A stretch of DNA of 64,000 bases, taken from NCBI GenBank assembly GCA_028279505.1, contig JANQNP010000042.1, forward strand, positions 93-64,092. The letters run 5' to 3'. The translations under genes were made by a program, and so were the position numbers. This document shows, one piece after another, positions 45,170 to 54,321 of this stretch (its first letter is position 1; every line of letters begins with the position of its first letter). This DNA comes from Dehalococcoidia bacterium (GTDB lineage: Bacteria; Chloroflexota; Dehalococcoidia; UBA2979). Under the pieces are notes generated by a model. The model saw only the letters and a program-made list of their open reading frames with translations. It was not told the origin of the DNA and searched no databases.

Positions 45170-46450
45170 TCAGTACAGCGGCAGCAGGTAGGAGGGGGCA
45201 GGCGGGAAGAGTGCATGGAGCACCGGGCGCGCCCTCGCACTGACCCCGATCCGGTAGGGGAACTGTGCCTCCAGCTGAGGCAGACCCGCGCGGCCGAACA
45301 GCAGCTCGAGGAAGGTGGCGTCGGCGAAGCGCGCGTCACCCTCGTGGATGCCGGTCTGGCGCCAGGGTTCCACTGTCACGCGGCCGTGATCGAACTGGAG
45401 CTCGACGCCGGGCTCGCGGTAGCGGCCGATCCGCAGGGCGCCGTGGTAGCCGGCCTCGTTGGATTGCGCGAGGCGCTCCTCCAGCGCGGGCGCGATGTGA
45501 GCCACGAAGGCTGGCACGTCCGGGATGCGCACGTACCAAGCACCGCGACGCAGCGGGGAGCCGAGCGTCTCGAACTGACCGAACAGATGCGGGCACGAGC
45601 TGAACGCCGGGTGATCCTCTCCCAGCCAGCCGAACGACCAGCTCGGGCGTTCGGAGACCTCGAGGCCGAGGGCGCCCTCGGCATGTTCCAACAACCATCG
45701 GGCGAGCGAGCCGGTCGCGAGGGACCAGGGCGTGGCCGGCGCGACCTCGAACGCGTCGATCGCGAGAGTGAGCGGGTGGATGGAGATGAACCCGACGGGG
45801 CGCGTCGGGGAGGTCAGGATGAAGAGCCGACGCGCCCACGCGTTTCGCGGGTCTCGCTTGAGCAGTTCGTACTCCCAGTGATCGCGTGTCCGCAGGTAGC
45901 TCACGCGGAGGCGCGGCGCGCCGGACTGGAAGGTCTGTTCGATGAAGTCGAGGTCGTCCGGCGTGGCCTCCCGCAGGGCGTAGGGCGCCTGCTCCGCCGG
46001 TACGGTCTGGGCGTACTCCCGGAAGAGCCGCCGGCCGTTGTGCTTGTCCAACGGCAGCTCGTACCCAAACTGGGTGTAGTACCAGGGGATGCCGTTGACG
46101 ACGGTCGCCAGCTCGCCGGCGGCGGCGCTCCAGTCGTGCATGACATCCGTCTGGCGACGAATCAGGCCGCGCCGGCGATAGTCGACGCGGGTGGAAACGT
46201 GCTCGATCTCCCCCACGGGAAACTCGACGCCGCCGTACGCCCAGCGGTGATGCGAGAAGTGCTGCGACGACACGATCCGGCCGGTCGCGACCTCCTCCAC
46301 CACGGTCATCTCGGTACCGGAGAACGTCGGGTGTGGCCGCTCGAGCAGATCGCGAAGCTGGTGTTCGTCAGCCGTGGATCGGGCTTCGCCGTGCGTTTCT
46401 CGATGCAGGTCGATGAGCGCCGGAACGTCGTCGGCCGCGGCCCGCCGCAT
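45170..46450 (-). CDS. GNAT-family acetyltransferase with a large C-terminal extension (Eis-like architecture)
   Basis: ATG 46450 (MRRAAADDVPALIDLHRETHGE). GNAT core (VEEVATGRIVSSQHF...VDYRRRGLIRRQ). About 426 aa. Confidence 0.5.
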   Translation of the reverse strand: MRRAAADDVPALIDLHRETHGEARSTADEHQLRDLLERPHPTFSGTEMTVVEEVATGRIVSSQHFSHHRWAYGGVEFPVGEIEHVSTRVDYRRRGLIRRQTDVMHDWSAAAGELATVVNGIPWYYTQFGYELPLDKHNGRRLFREYAQTVPAEQAPYALREATPDDLDFIEQTFQSGAPRLRVSYLRTRDHWEYELLKRDPRNAWARRLFILTSPTRPVGFISIHPLTLAIDAFEVAPATPWSLATGSLARWLLEHAEGALGLEVSERPSWSFGWLGEDHPAFSSCPHLFGQFETLGSPLRRGAWYVRIPDVPAFVAHIAPALEERLAQSNEAGYHGALRIGRYREPGVELQFDHGRVTVEPWRQTGIHEGDARFADATFLELLFGRAGLPQLEAQFPYRIGVSARARPVLHALFPPAPSYLLPLY

Positions 46451-46530
46451 CAGCAGGCCCTCGCCCACGTCACCGAGATCACGGGGTTCCACCTCAGGGC
46501 TCACGACCGACTCTCCCTTCGCGATGACGC

Positions 46531-47544
46531 TCAAGACGCAGCGGGTGCCATTACCCGCGCGATGAGGTCGCTAATCGAAGTCACCGTCTCGTCGGACGGG
46601 AGGCGCCAGCCGTCGCCCTCGACGCAAACGTCGGCGGATTCGCCTCGTGCGGCCGGGCGCACCTCGAACCCCAGGCGCGTCAGCGCCCGCACCGTCCAGA
46701 GGCGCCGAACGCCCTCGTCGCCGCCGACGCGAAGCGTCCCCCTGGTGGCCTCTGGCGAGACGCGGAAGCCGCCCGCCTCGTGTTCGAAGACCAGCCGGTC
46801 GTCGGAGAACTCCTCGGAGAGGACGCCGGTGAGCGCGATGTCCTCGGGCGGTGCGGTGATCAGCTCACCGGACTGACGGATGAGCCAGGCAGTGTCGGCC
46901 GTGCGCAGCGCGAGCTCGAGGTCATGGGTGGACATCAGCACGGCGATGCCCGCGCTGTGCGTGAGGTCGCGGAGCAAGGCCGTCAGGCGCACACGATGCG
47001 CGACGTCGAGGAAGGCGGTGGGTTCGTCGAGGAGCATCACGCGCGGGGACTGCGCCACCGCGCGAGCGATCAGCACCCGCTGTCGTTCGCCGTCGCTCAG
47101 GCTCGTGATCGGACGTTCGACGAGATGCTCGCAGCGGGTGACCGCGATCGACTCCTCGACGATGCGATGGTCCTCGGCGGAGAGCCGGCCGTGCCACCCG
47201 GTGAACGGGTGGCGGCCCAGCCGCACGACGTCGAGGCCGGTCAGGTGGCGCGCGAAGGTGCGCTCGGTCAGGACGAGCGAGATCGTGCGAGCGCGGGCGA
47301 TCCCGGAGAGGCGGGTGACACCGACACCGTCGAGTTCGACGCCGCCGCTGAGCGCCGGCTGGAGCCCAGCGAGCGTGCGCATCAGCGTGGACTTGCCGGC
47401 GCCGTTGATCCCGAGGAGGCAGGCGAACTCCCCAGGCCGCAACGCGGCCGTGGCCTCCCGCACCACCTCGGTGGTCTGTCGCCCGGAGCGGTAGCCGGCG
47501 GTGAGTCGATCGGTGCGGAGCGGTGCGATCTCCTCGGCGGTCAC
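46531..47544 (-). CDS. ABC transporter ATP-binding protein, FecE/BtuD type, with C-terminal extension
   Basis: GTG 47544 overlaps the permease TGA (GTGA). Walker A (GINGAGKST), signature (LSDGERQRVLIARA). Confidence 0.8.
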   Translation of the reverse strand: MTAEEIAPLRTDRLTAGYRSGRQTTEVVREATAALRPGEFACLLGINGAGKSTLMRTLAGLQPALSGGVELDGVGVTRLSGIARARTISLVLTERTFARHLTGLDVVRLGRHPFTGWHGRLSAEDHRIVEESIAVTRCEHLVERPITSLSDGERQRVLIARAVAQSPRVMLLDEPTAFLDVAHRVRLTALLRDLTHSAGIAVLMSTHDLELALRTADTAWLIRQSGELITAPPEDIALTGVLSEEFSDDRLVFEHEAGGFRVSPEATRGTLRVGGDEGVRRLWTVRALTRLGFEVRPAARGESADVCVEGDGWRLPSDETVTSISDLIARVMAPAAS

Positions 47545-48638
47545 AGGTCGGCAGTCCCGCTCTCGCGAGCGGACCTCAGGAGGACCCACACGACGACGGG
47601 CGCACCGAAGAGCGCCGTTGCCGCGTTGATCGGCAGCGTCGCGTTCCGGCCCGGCATCTGCGCCAACGCTCCGCACAGGCAGGCCAGCGCGACGCCGATG
47701 AGGATGCAGGCCGGGAAGAGCAGCCGCTGGTCCGCGGTCCTCAGGACCCCACGGGCCAAGTGGGGTACCGCGAGGCCGATGAAGCCGATGGGGCCGCAGA
47801 ACGACGTCACGACTCCGGCGATCAGCGCGGCGGAGAGCATCGTGACCAGCCGCAGCCGGAAGACCGACACACCGACCGAGGCGGCGTACTGGTCGCCCAA
47901 CAGCATGGCGTTCAGGCCTTTGGTGCCGATCGCACCGGCGCTGACGCCGATCAGCACGATCGCCGCGAACGCCGGCAACTGATCTCGCGTCACGCCCTGG
48001 AACGAGCCAAACGTCCACACGGAGAAGGCCTGCACGGACTCCGGCGTGGAGAAGTAGACCAGGATGCTCACGATGGAGTAGGAGAACGCGCCGACGGCCA
48101 CGCCGACGATCAAGACCGTCGCGACGTTCCGGAACCACGACGCCACGACGAGCATGACGGAGAGGACCGCCATCGCTCCGATACTGGCCGCGAAGACGAT
48201 GATGAGGTTCCGCTCAAGGCCCACGCCCGCGAGCAAGCCACCACTCGCGCTGACGCCGGCCGACAGGATCACGAAGCCAACCCCGAGTGACGCTCCGGAC
48301 GAGACGCCGAGGATGTATGGATCAGCAAGGCCGTTCCGGAACAGCGTCTGCATCTGCAGGCCAGCGACCCCGAGGGACCCACCGACGAGCGCGGCGGTGG
48401 CCGCTCGAGGTACCCGCAACTCGGTGACGATCGGTCCCCAGACCGGGTTCTCTACCGTGCCTCCGGTGAGCACCGTGAAGACTGCCCGGGGCGGGATGAG
48501 CACCGAACCAACAGCGAGGGCGACCACGAGCCCCGCCCCAGCGAGGACCGTGAGGACGATGAAGGTGATCGTCAATCGCAGGGTCGCGCCGCCGCGTACG
48601 CGATCGGGAGCGGTGCGACGTTGGCGTACGAGGTGCAC
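47541..48638 (-). CDS. FecCD-family ABC permease
   Basis: FecCD-like helices (LVGGSLGVAGLQMQTLFRNGLADPYILGVSSGASLG). GTG start at 48638. Confidence 0.8.
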   Translation of the reverse strand: MHLVRQRRTAPDRVRGGATLRLTITFIVLTVLAGAGLVVALAVGSVLIPPRAVFTVLTGGTVENPVWGPIVTELRVPRAATAALVGGSLGVAGLQMQTLFRNGLADPYILGVSSGASLGVGFVILSAGVSASGGLLAGVGLERNLIIVFAASIGAMAVLSVMLVVASWFRNVATVLIVGVAVGAFSYSIVSILVYFSTPESVQAFSVWTFGSFQGVTRDQLPAFAAIVLIGVSAGAIGTKGLNAMLLGDQYAASVGVSVFRLRLVTMLSAALIAGVVTSFCGPIGFIGLAVPHLARGVLRTADQRLLFPACILIGVALACLCGALAQMPGRNATLPINAATALFGAPVVVWVLLRSARESGTADL

Positions 48639-48723
48639 AAGTACCCCTCACGCAAGGCGCCATCGAGAGGAGCGGAGCGGCGGGCGGAGTTCCGCCCGCT
48701 GCTCCGCTAGTACGTGGGGCCTC

Positions 48724-50058
48724 CTACTGACCCGGGAAGGGGCTGATCCCCATGTAGGTGAGCGTGTGATCCGGCACCAGCTCCGGGTACACCTGGGCCA
48801 CGATGTCCTGCAGCAAGACGTCAGGGCGCAGCGCTCCCGAGTAGAAGTACTCGTAGACGCCGTCGCGCACGCTCACGCCTTCGGCGTCGTTGGAGATGAT
48901 CTGGTTCTCCTGGAACGCGCGGAACGAGGGCATCAGCGGTCCGGTGTACTTCTCACCCGGCCAGCTGAACGAGACGAGCCAGTCGGCTTCCGCGCCGGCT
49001 TCGAAGACCTGCTCGATTGACCACCGTTCCAGGCCTAGCGGGGCCGTTGGGTCAGCGATCACGTTGACCAGTCCTGCGTCCTCGAGCATCTCCGCCTGCC
49101 AGCCGTTGCGGGCGACGGTGCACTCGCCGTTCGTCCCACACTGGGCGAAGATCACGGTCGGCTGGTCCGCCTGTGCACTCGCCTGCGCGGCGAGCTCGCG
49201 GTAGTCATCCAGCACGTTGCCGAGCACCTCGTTCGCCCGCACCTCCTGGTTGAAGGGGAGTGCGATCACCTTCGCCCACTCGGCTCTGCCCAGGACGGTG
49301 GTCGCACCGGAGGTGAGTGTCGGGACGGTTGGGATGCCGAGTTCTGCGAGCTGCTCCACGCCAGCCAGCGCCGCCTCGCTGCTGAGGAACAACAACATGA
49401 CGTCGGGATCCTGGGCCGCGACGGCCTCGAAGTCCATGTTCTGGGCGCCGAAGGCGGCGCCGTTCGGGACGATCTCGCCGGCCTCGATGCGAGCATCGAT
49501 GTCTTCCGGGAAGACGCTGGGGAAGCCGTGCGTGACGAGGTTGTCGGTGAGACCGAGCGCGACGGCGGAAGCGAGGTCATCGTTCCGGTTGAGGCCGAAC
49601 GTCGTCGCTGGGACCTCGATCAGCGTCGCGTCCGCGAGGTCGCCCGTCAGCTCAGGCGCCGGCGTCCCGCACTGGACCATGACCACGACCTGGGGCGCCA
49701 TGCCCTCGAATTTAAGGTCGGTGCGGACGGTCAGGACTTTGTAGTTGTTCTCGTACTGGATCTCGAAGTCGGTGGCTTCCTCGACGGTGATCTTGTCGGG
49801 GAAGTAGTCGATCTCGGAGTCGTACGACTCGACGCAGCCCTCGGTGATGTTGGTCGTTGGAGCCTCAGCGGCCGGGGTCGTCGCCGTAGCCTCGGCGGTT
49901 GCCGTTGCGGTGGGTTCGGAGGGAGCGGGAGTGGAGGTCGCCGTCGCCTCATCGTCTGAATCGTCGCCACAGGCGACGAAGGCGATGGCCACGACCACCG
50001 CGGCGATACCTACAGTCCACCGAGCGAGAGCACGGCGATACGAAGGAGTGACAGACAT
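48724..50058 (-). CDS. Class III periplasmic-binding lipoprotein (iron-chelate/B12-type SBP), paralog of 33928-35283
   Basis: ATG 50058 is preceded by GGAAAGG. Lipobox (IAAVVVAIAFVACGDDSDD). Shared motifs DYFPDK...YKVLTV and ELVPDH. Confidence 0.7.
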   Translation of the reverse strand: MSVTPSYRRALARWTVGIAAVVVAIAFVACGDDSDDEATATSTPAPSEPTATATAEATATTPAAEAPTTNITEGCVESYDSEIDYFPDKITVEEATDFEIQYENNYKVLTVRTDLKFEGMAPQVVVMVQCGTPAPELTGDLADATLIEVPATTFGLNRNDDLASAVALGLTDNLVTHGFPSVFPEDIDARIEAGEIVPNGAAFGAQNMDFEAVAAQDPDVMLLFLSSEAALAGVEQLAELGIPTVPTLTSGATTVLGRAEWAKVIALPFNQEVRANEVLGNVLDDYRELAAQASAQADQPTVIFAQCGTNGECTVARNGWQAEMLEDAGLVNVIADPTAPLGLERWSIEQVFEAGAEADWLVSFSWPGEKYTGPLMPSFRAFQENQIISNDAEGVSVRDGVYEYFYSGALRPDVLLQDIVAQVYPELVPDHTLTYMGISPFPGQ

Positions 50059-50094
50059 CTGACGCCTTTCCGGCAGAACAGTTAATTGAGACGG

Positions 50095-50124
50095 AGTATC
50101 ATGCACTAGCAGATACTTAGTATC
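50095..50124. promoter_or_regulatory. Operator-like cluster of GATACT/AGTATC hexamers upstream of the SBP-permease-ATPase operon (Fur-box-like)
   Basis: AGTATC at 50095. 13-bp palindrome GATACTtAGTATC at 50112-50124. AT-rich island 35-70 bp upstream of the SBP start codon. Confidence 0.35.
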
Positions 50125-50384
50125 AATGTGCGCTCTCGCCTTCGACCCCGAGGTCCATCGGATGGCCGGAGCTCGCGCTCACGTAGCCAGGTGCCTCATC
50201 GAGCGGCGGCAGAGCCAATACTGCGGTCCACGAAGGCGGCCTAAGAGTTTCTGAGAGTAGTGGCGGGGGACCTTGGTGCCGGCCGGGCGCAGAGCCCTTG
50301 CGACCACTGCCAACGACGGCTTCCTCCGGACCCAAGAAGAGAACGTCGGCGGACCGGCGGGCGTGGTGCCTGGCGGGACTGGCG

Positions 50385-51186
50385 CTAGTCGCCGGTGAAG
50401 ATCGGTTGGCGCTTCTCGGCTCGGGCCGTGACCGCCTCCTTGAAGTCCTTCCGCCCGTAGACGTAGTCCTGCGAGAAGCTCTCGAAGTGGCGCGCCGTCC
50501 CGAGATCCCCGCTGCTACTCAGGTAGCCGAGCCGCTTGGTGAGCATCAGGGCGGTTGGGGCGTTCTGGGCGATCTCGGCGGCTAGCGCCTTGGCGCGGGG
50601 GAGCAGCTCTTCGTCGGGTACCACCTCGTTGACCATGCCGATTGCCTGCGCCTCGTCGGATTCGACCCAGTGGCTCGTGTACCAGATCTCGAACGCCTTG
50701 CCGGTGCCGATCAGGCGCGGGAGGTAGTAGGTGCTGTAGGCCTCGGGGGTCATGCCGAGCGAGGTGAAGGGCAGCCGGATGCGGGCGCTCTGGGCCGCGA
50801 GCCGGATGTCGCACTGCAGCGTGTAGTTGAAGCCGACGCCGATCGCGTAGCCGTTGATCGCCGCGATCAGGGGCTGCCGGATCGAGGTGAGATCGGTAGC
50901 GCCGTTCGGGTATCGCGGTAGCTTGCGGGTGATGTTCGACGTGCCCGCCTCGTGCGCGTCGACCTCGGCCTCGAAGCGTTGCTGGAAGTCCGCGCCGGCG
51001 GAGAACGCTCTGCCGGCACCGGTGAGGATCACCACGCGAACATCGTCATCGTCGCTCACGGCCTTCGCCGCTGACGCCAGCTCCTCGTACATTCTTGGGA
51101 TTGAAGGCGTTCAACCGCTCGGGGCGGTTGAGCGTGATCGTGGCGACGTGATCCGCCTTCTTCACCAGGATGGTTTCGTAGTCCAT
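50385..51186 (-). pseudogene. Enoyl-CoA hydratase/isomerase (crotonase) gene interrupted by a +1 frameshift
   Basis: Canonical crotonase N-terminus (MDYETILVKKADHVATITLNRPERLNAFNP) runs from ATG 51186 to about 51091. The rest (MYEELASAAKAV...VRVVILTGAGRAFSAGADF...) is in the adjacent frame starting at 51092. The junction sequence cccAAGAATGtac has one extra nucleotide. Confidence 0.5.
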
Positions 51187-51226
51187 GACTCAGCTTTCGT
51201 TGATGGCGACGGCTGGGCGAGAGCGG

Positions 51227-52444
51227 CTAGCCCCGAGGGAGTCCCAGGCCGCGTGTGGCGATGATGTTGCGTTGGATCTCGGACGTGCCGCCGGCGATCG
51301 TCGAGGAGACGCTGCCCACGTAGGCGCGCGCGAAGTTCGCCTTCAGCGGGGCACGCTCGTCGTCCTCATCCCAGAGGTTGCTGTAGAGCCCGAAGGCCTT
51401 CACGCCGGTGTTCGCCAGACGCTGGGCGAGTTCGGAGTTATACAGCTTCGAGGTAGACGCCTCGTAGTTGGGGATGAGCCCCTTGTCCTGCATCGAGATG
51501 ATGCGGAACGAGAAGTTGAACAGGATCTCGGTCTCCACGAAGCGGTCGGCGATCTCGTGGCGGATCGTCGGGAGGTCGGCGAGTCGGGACTTCGAGGCGC
51601 CCTCGCCGGTCGCGTGACTGACCAGCCGATCGATCCGGCGGCGCGCCGTGACCGCGCCGGTGATGTTCGAGCGCTCGTAGTCCAGCAGCGTCATGCCGAC
51701 GTACCAACCGCGGTTCTCTTCGCCGACCCGGTTGCTCACCGGGACACGCACGTCCTCGAAGAAGGTCTCGTTGAAGATGTGGCCCCAGGCCATATTGACC
51801 AGCGGCTGCACCGACAGACCCGGCGTCTGGCCGTCGATCAGCACGAACGAGATGCCGCGGTGCTTCGGCGCCTCCGGGTCGGTGCGCACGAGGACAAAGA
51901 ACCAGTCGGCGTTGTGCGCGCCCGAGGTCCAGATCTTCTGCCCGTTCACGACGTACTCGTCGCCGTCGCGGACCGCGCGCGTCTGTAGGGAGGCGAGATC
52001 CGACCCGGCTGAGGGCTCGGAGTAGCCCTGCGCCCAGTTCACCTCGCCCGACAGGATCTTGGGGATGTGCTGCTGCTTCTGCTCCTCGGAGCCGTGCACC
52101 ATCAGCATCGGCCCGAGCATCGAGACGCCGGGACCTCCGACGTTGGGCGCGTTGGCCTCGGTCATCTCCATCTTGAAGATGAACTGCTCCATCGGAGAGA
52201 GGCCGCCCCCGCCGTACTCAGTCGGCCACTGCGGCGCGACCCACCCCTTCTCGCCGAGCGCCGAGGCCCATTCGTCCGCAGCCTGGCGAGCGTCGCCCGC
52301 CTCCGACTTCCGGTCCTCGGCCCACGCGAACGGCGAGGCGAAGCCGTAGTCGTCTTGCTGGTAGCGCTCCGGAATCTCGGTCGCGAAGAACTCGTGCACC
52401 TCGCGGCGAAAAGCCGCCTGCTCCGCGGAGTCGTTCCAGTCCAT
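51227..52444 (-). CDS. Acyl-CoA dehydrogenase family protein
   Basis: 405 aa with the ACAD layout. Contains WAQGYSEPSAGSDLASLQTRA and the C-terminal GGTSEIQRNIIA block. Confidence 0.8.
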   Translation of the reverse strand: MDWNDSAEQAAFRREVHEFFATEIPERYQQDDYGFASPFAWAEDRKSEAGDARQAADEWASALGEKGWVAPQWPTEYGGGGLSPMEQFIFKMEMTEANAPNVGGPGVSMLGPMLMVHGSEEQKQQHIPKILSGEVNWAQGYSEPSAGSDLASLQTRAVRDGDEYVVNGQKIWTSGAHNADWFFVLVRTDPEAPKHRGISFVLIDGQTPGLSVQPLVNMAWGHIFNETFFEDVRVPVSNRVGEENRGWYVGMTLLDYERSNITGAVTARRRIDRLVSHATGEGASKSRLADLPTIRHEIADRFVETEILFNFSFRIISMQDKGLIPNYEASTSKLYNSELAQRLANTGVKAFGLYSNLWDEDDERAPLKANFARAYVGSVSSTIAGGTSEIQRNIIATRGLGLPRG

Positions 52445-52486
52445 CTTCGTTCTCCAATCACGCCCCGAGGTCGCTCGCGCGGGGTG

Positions 52487-53389
52487 CTAGAACATCGCAA
52501 TCGGGTTGACCGGGCTGCCGGTCCCGCCTTCCACCCGCAACGGGTGCGCCATGAAGAGGAACTCGTACCGCCCCTCCTGCGCGCAGGCCGCGGCGAGCGG
52601 TTCGAGCAACGCGCTATCGAGGAGCGCGACGCCGAACTGGAACAGCACGCCGTGCACCGGCCAGCGCAGGCCCTCGGCGTTCGGACGCGCGTCCATCAGG
52701 TCCCAGCCGAGGAGCGCCACGTCGTGTTCGCGCAGGAACGGCGCGCACGAGGCATGCAGGCCCGGTCGCTCGGACTCGGGCAGCGGGTGATCTGCGGTGT
52801 AGGCGCCCTCGCCGCTGTGCACGAGCACGGCGTCGCCGGGTCGGACCTCGACGCCCTGCGCGGCAGCAATCGCCTCGAGTTCGTCGCCGTGGACCGGACG
52901 GTCGAGCGTCACGTAGGGCTCGCCGCGGTGGCGGACCACATCGAGGAGCACGCCCCGCGTCACGATGCCCTGCCGCCACGCGGCGACATCGCCAAAGCGC
53001 GCCCCATCCTCGCGGAGCGTCTCGCGAGGATCGCGATCGTTCCACAGCCGGCCGCCCTCCCAGACGTGGCAGAGCGCGTCGAGGTGGGTCATCTGCGCGC
53101 TGTGGTAGAGGAACCCGTAGTAGTCGACCACGCCGCCCGCCTGCCGCCCGATCGTGGCGCGCATGAAGTGCTGCGCCGGCGTCGGGTTCCGAGGCCCTGG
53201 CTCCTTCGGGTAGGGTCGGCTGAGCGAGACGGTGCGACCGGTCCGCGCCAGCGCCACCGCCTCGAGCCGCTTCTCCTCCGTCACGAGGTTGAGCGCACCG
53301 ACCTCATCGTCGGCGCCCCAGCGACCCCAGTTGCGGTGCGTCTCGTAGTACTCCTTCAGCGCCGCGCCGTCCCTCGGGTAGTCGGTCAT
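52487..53389 (-). CDS. Cyclase-family protein (kynurenine formamidase-like fold)
   Basis: HxxxxTHxDAxxH motif (YHSAQMTHLDALCHV); 300 aa. Confidence 0.6.
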   Translation of the reverse strand: MTDYPRDGAALKEYYETHRNWGRWGADDEVGALNLVTEEKRLEAVALARTGRTVSLSRPYPKEPGPRNPTPAQHFMRATIGRQAGGVVDYYGFLYHSAQMTHLDALCHVWEGGRLWNDRDPRETLREDGARFGDVAAWRQGIVTRGVLLDVVRHRGEPYVTLDRPVHGDELEAIAAAQGVEVRPGDAVLVHSGEGAYTADHPLPESERPGLHASCAPFLREHDVALLGWDLMDARPNAEGLRWPVHGVLFQFGVALLDSALLEPLAAACAQEGRYEFLFMAHPLRVEGGTGSPVNPIAMF

Positions 53390-53429
53390 CGGTCGCCTCG
53401 ACCAGGTCGCTGTGCGACAGCTATCGCCA

Positions 53430-54278
53430 TCAGTCGGGGCGCTTCCCCATCCAGCGGATCTTCTGGCGCGCGATGGCGACCCGATCGCCGGAGCTGTTGG
53501 TGACCTCGAACTCGTTGGTGCGGTAGGCGGTTCGCGTGGAGAAGCCCTTCTCCACCAGCGTCCCGGAGAGCGTGTACTCGTCCCCGATCATCAGCGGCCC
53601 GGATTGCAGCAGCTGGAACGTGCCGTTCATCCCGGCGCGGAACGGCGGGTTCGGTCGGAAACCGCCGTCGGGGGCGCCGCCGCTGCCGAGGAGCATGTAC
53701 ATGTAGCTCGGCGCGATCGGGCCGCCCCACGGCGAGGCCGTCGTGTACCAGGGGCTGTCGTCCCCAACGACCGCCCGACGCGACTCACTGTCCTCGATGG
53801 CCACGATCCGCGTGTACGGCGCGAAGGCCGTGCCCAGCGGCACGTCCGGCAGCGGGTCACCGTCGCCGGGTGGCGGGGCAGGCTCGCCCGCCCGCTCCCA
53901 CGGCGGCGACGCCGTCGCCGCGTCCGAGGCAAGGCCGGCGTAGCCGACCGTCACCTGGGTCCCGTCGCGCTTCTCGAGGGCGACCGAGACGAGAGCGTCA
54001 TCGCCCTCGTGCGGCTCGAGCGCTTCGAGGACGACCTGGAAGTCGTCGACCTCGTAGAGGGGCGCGATGAATGCTTGCTTCAGGAAGCCACGTTCGTACC
54101 AGTCGGGGCCGAAGCGGTCGACGAGCCGATCAACGGCGAACGCGCAGGTGATCGTGCCGCCAATCAGGGCCGCCTTGAAGCCAAGGTCCTGCGCCTGGTT
54201 CTCGTCGTGGATCGTCCCGACATCGTCAGCCGAGAGGTTGATCGCTCGCCGCCACTGAGGGGCGCTCGCCGAGGTCAT
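53430..54278 (-). CDS. Conserved 282-aa protein, probable MaoC-like (hotdog-fold) hydratase/dehydratase, tandem paralog A
   Basis: ATG 54278 (MTSASAPQWRRAINLSADDVGTIHDENQAQDLGFKAALIGG). MaoC-like D-x-N-x-I-H-x-D-x-x-x-A...G-F motif. Double-hotdog length. Confidence 0.45.
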   Translation of the reverse strand: MTSASAPQWRRAINLSADDVGTIHDENQAQDLGFKAALIGGTITCAFAVDRLVDRFGPDWYERGFLKQAFIAPLYEVDDFQVVLEALEPHEGDDALVSVALEKRDGTQVTVGYAGLASDAATASPPWERAGEPAPPPGDGDPLPDVPLGTAFAPYTRIVAIEDSESRRAVVGDDSPWYTTASPWGGPIAPSYMYMLLGSGGAPDGGFRPNPPFRAGMNGTFQLLQSGPLMIGDEYTLSGTLVEKGFSTRTAYRTNEFEVTNSSGDRVAIARQKIRWMGKRPD

Positions 54279-54321
54279 CTTGGGGTTCCTTTCACTCGAT
54301 GTCGAAGTCAGGACGGTCACG

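Noticed and set aside
50225-50300. CCCGCCACTA (minus strand) and ACCACTGCC (plus strand) resemble the cobalamin-riboswitch B12 box upstream of the FecCD/BtuF-like SBP gene
   Set aside because: Other conserved cobalamin-riboswitch elements (GGTG-AA-TCC region, downstream GCCACTG pairing partner) could not be found. The match is a single short core that could occur by chance in GC-rich DNA. A covariance-model scan would be needed.
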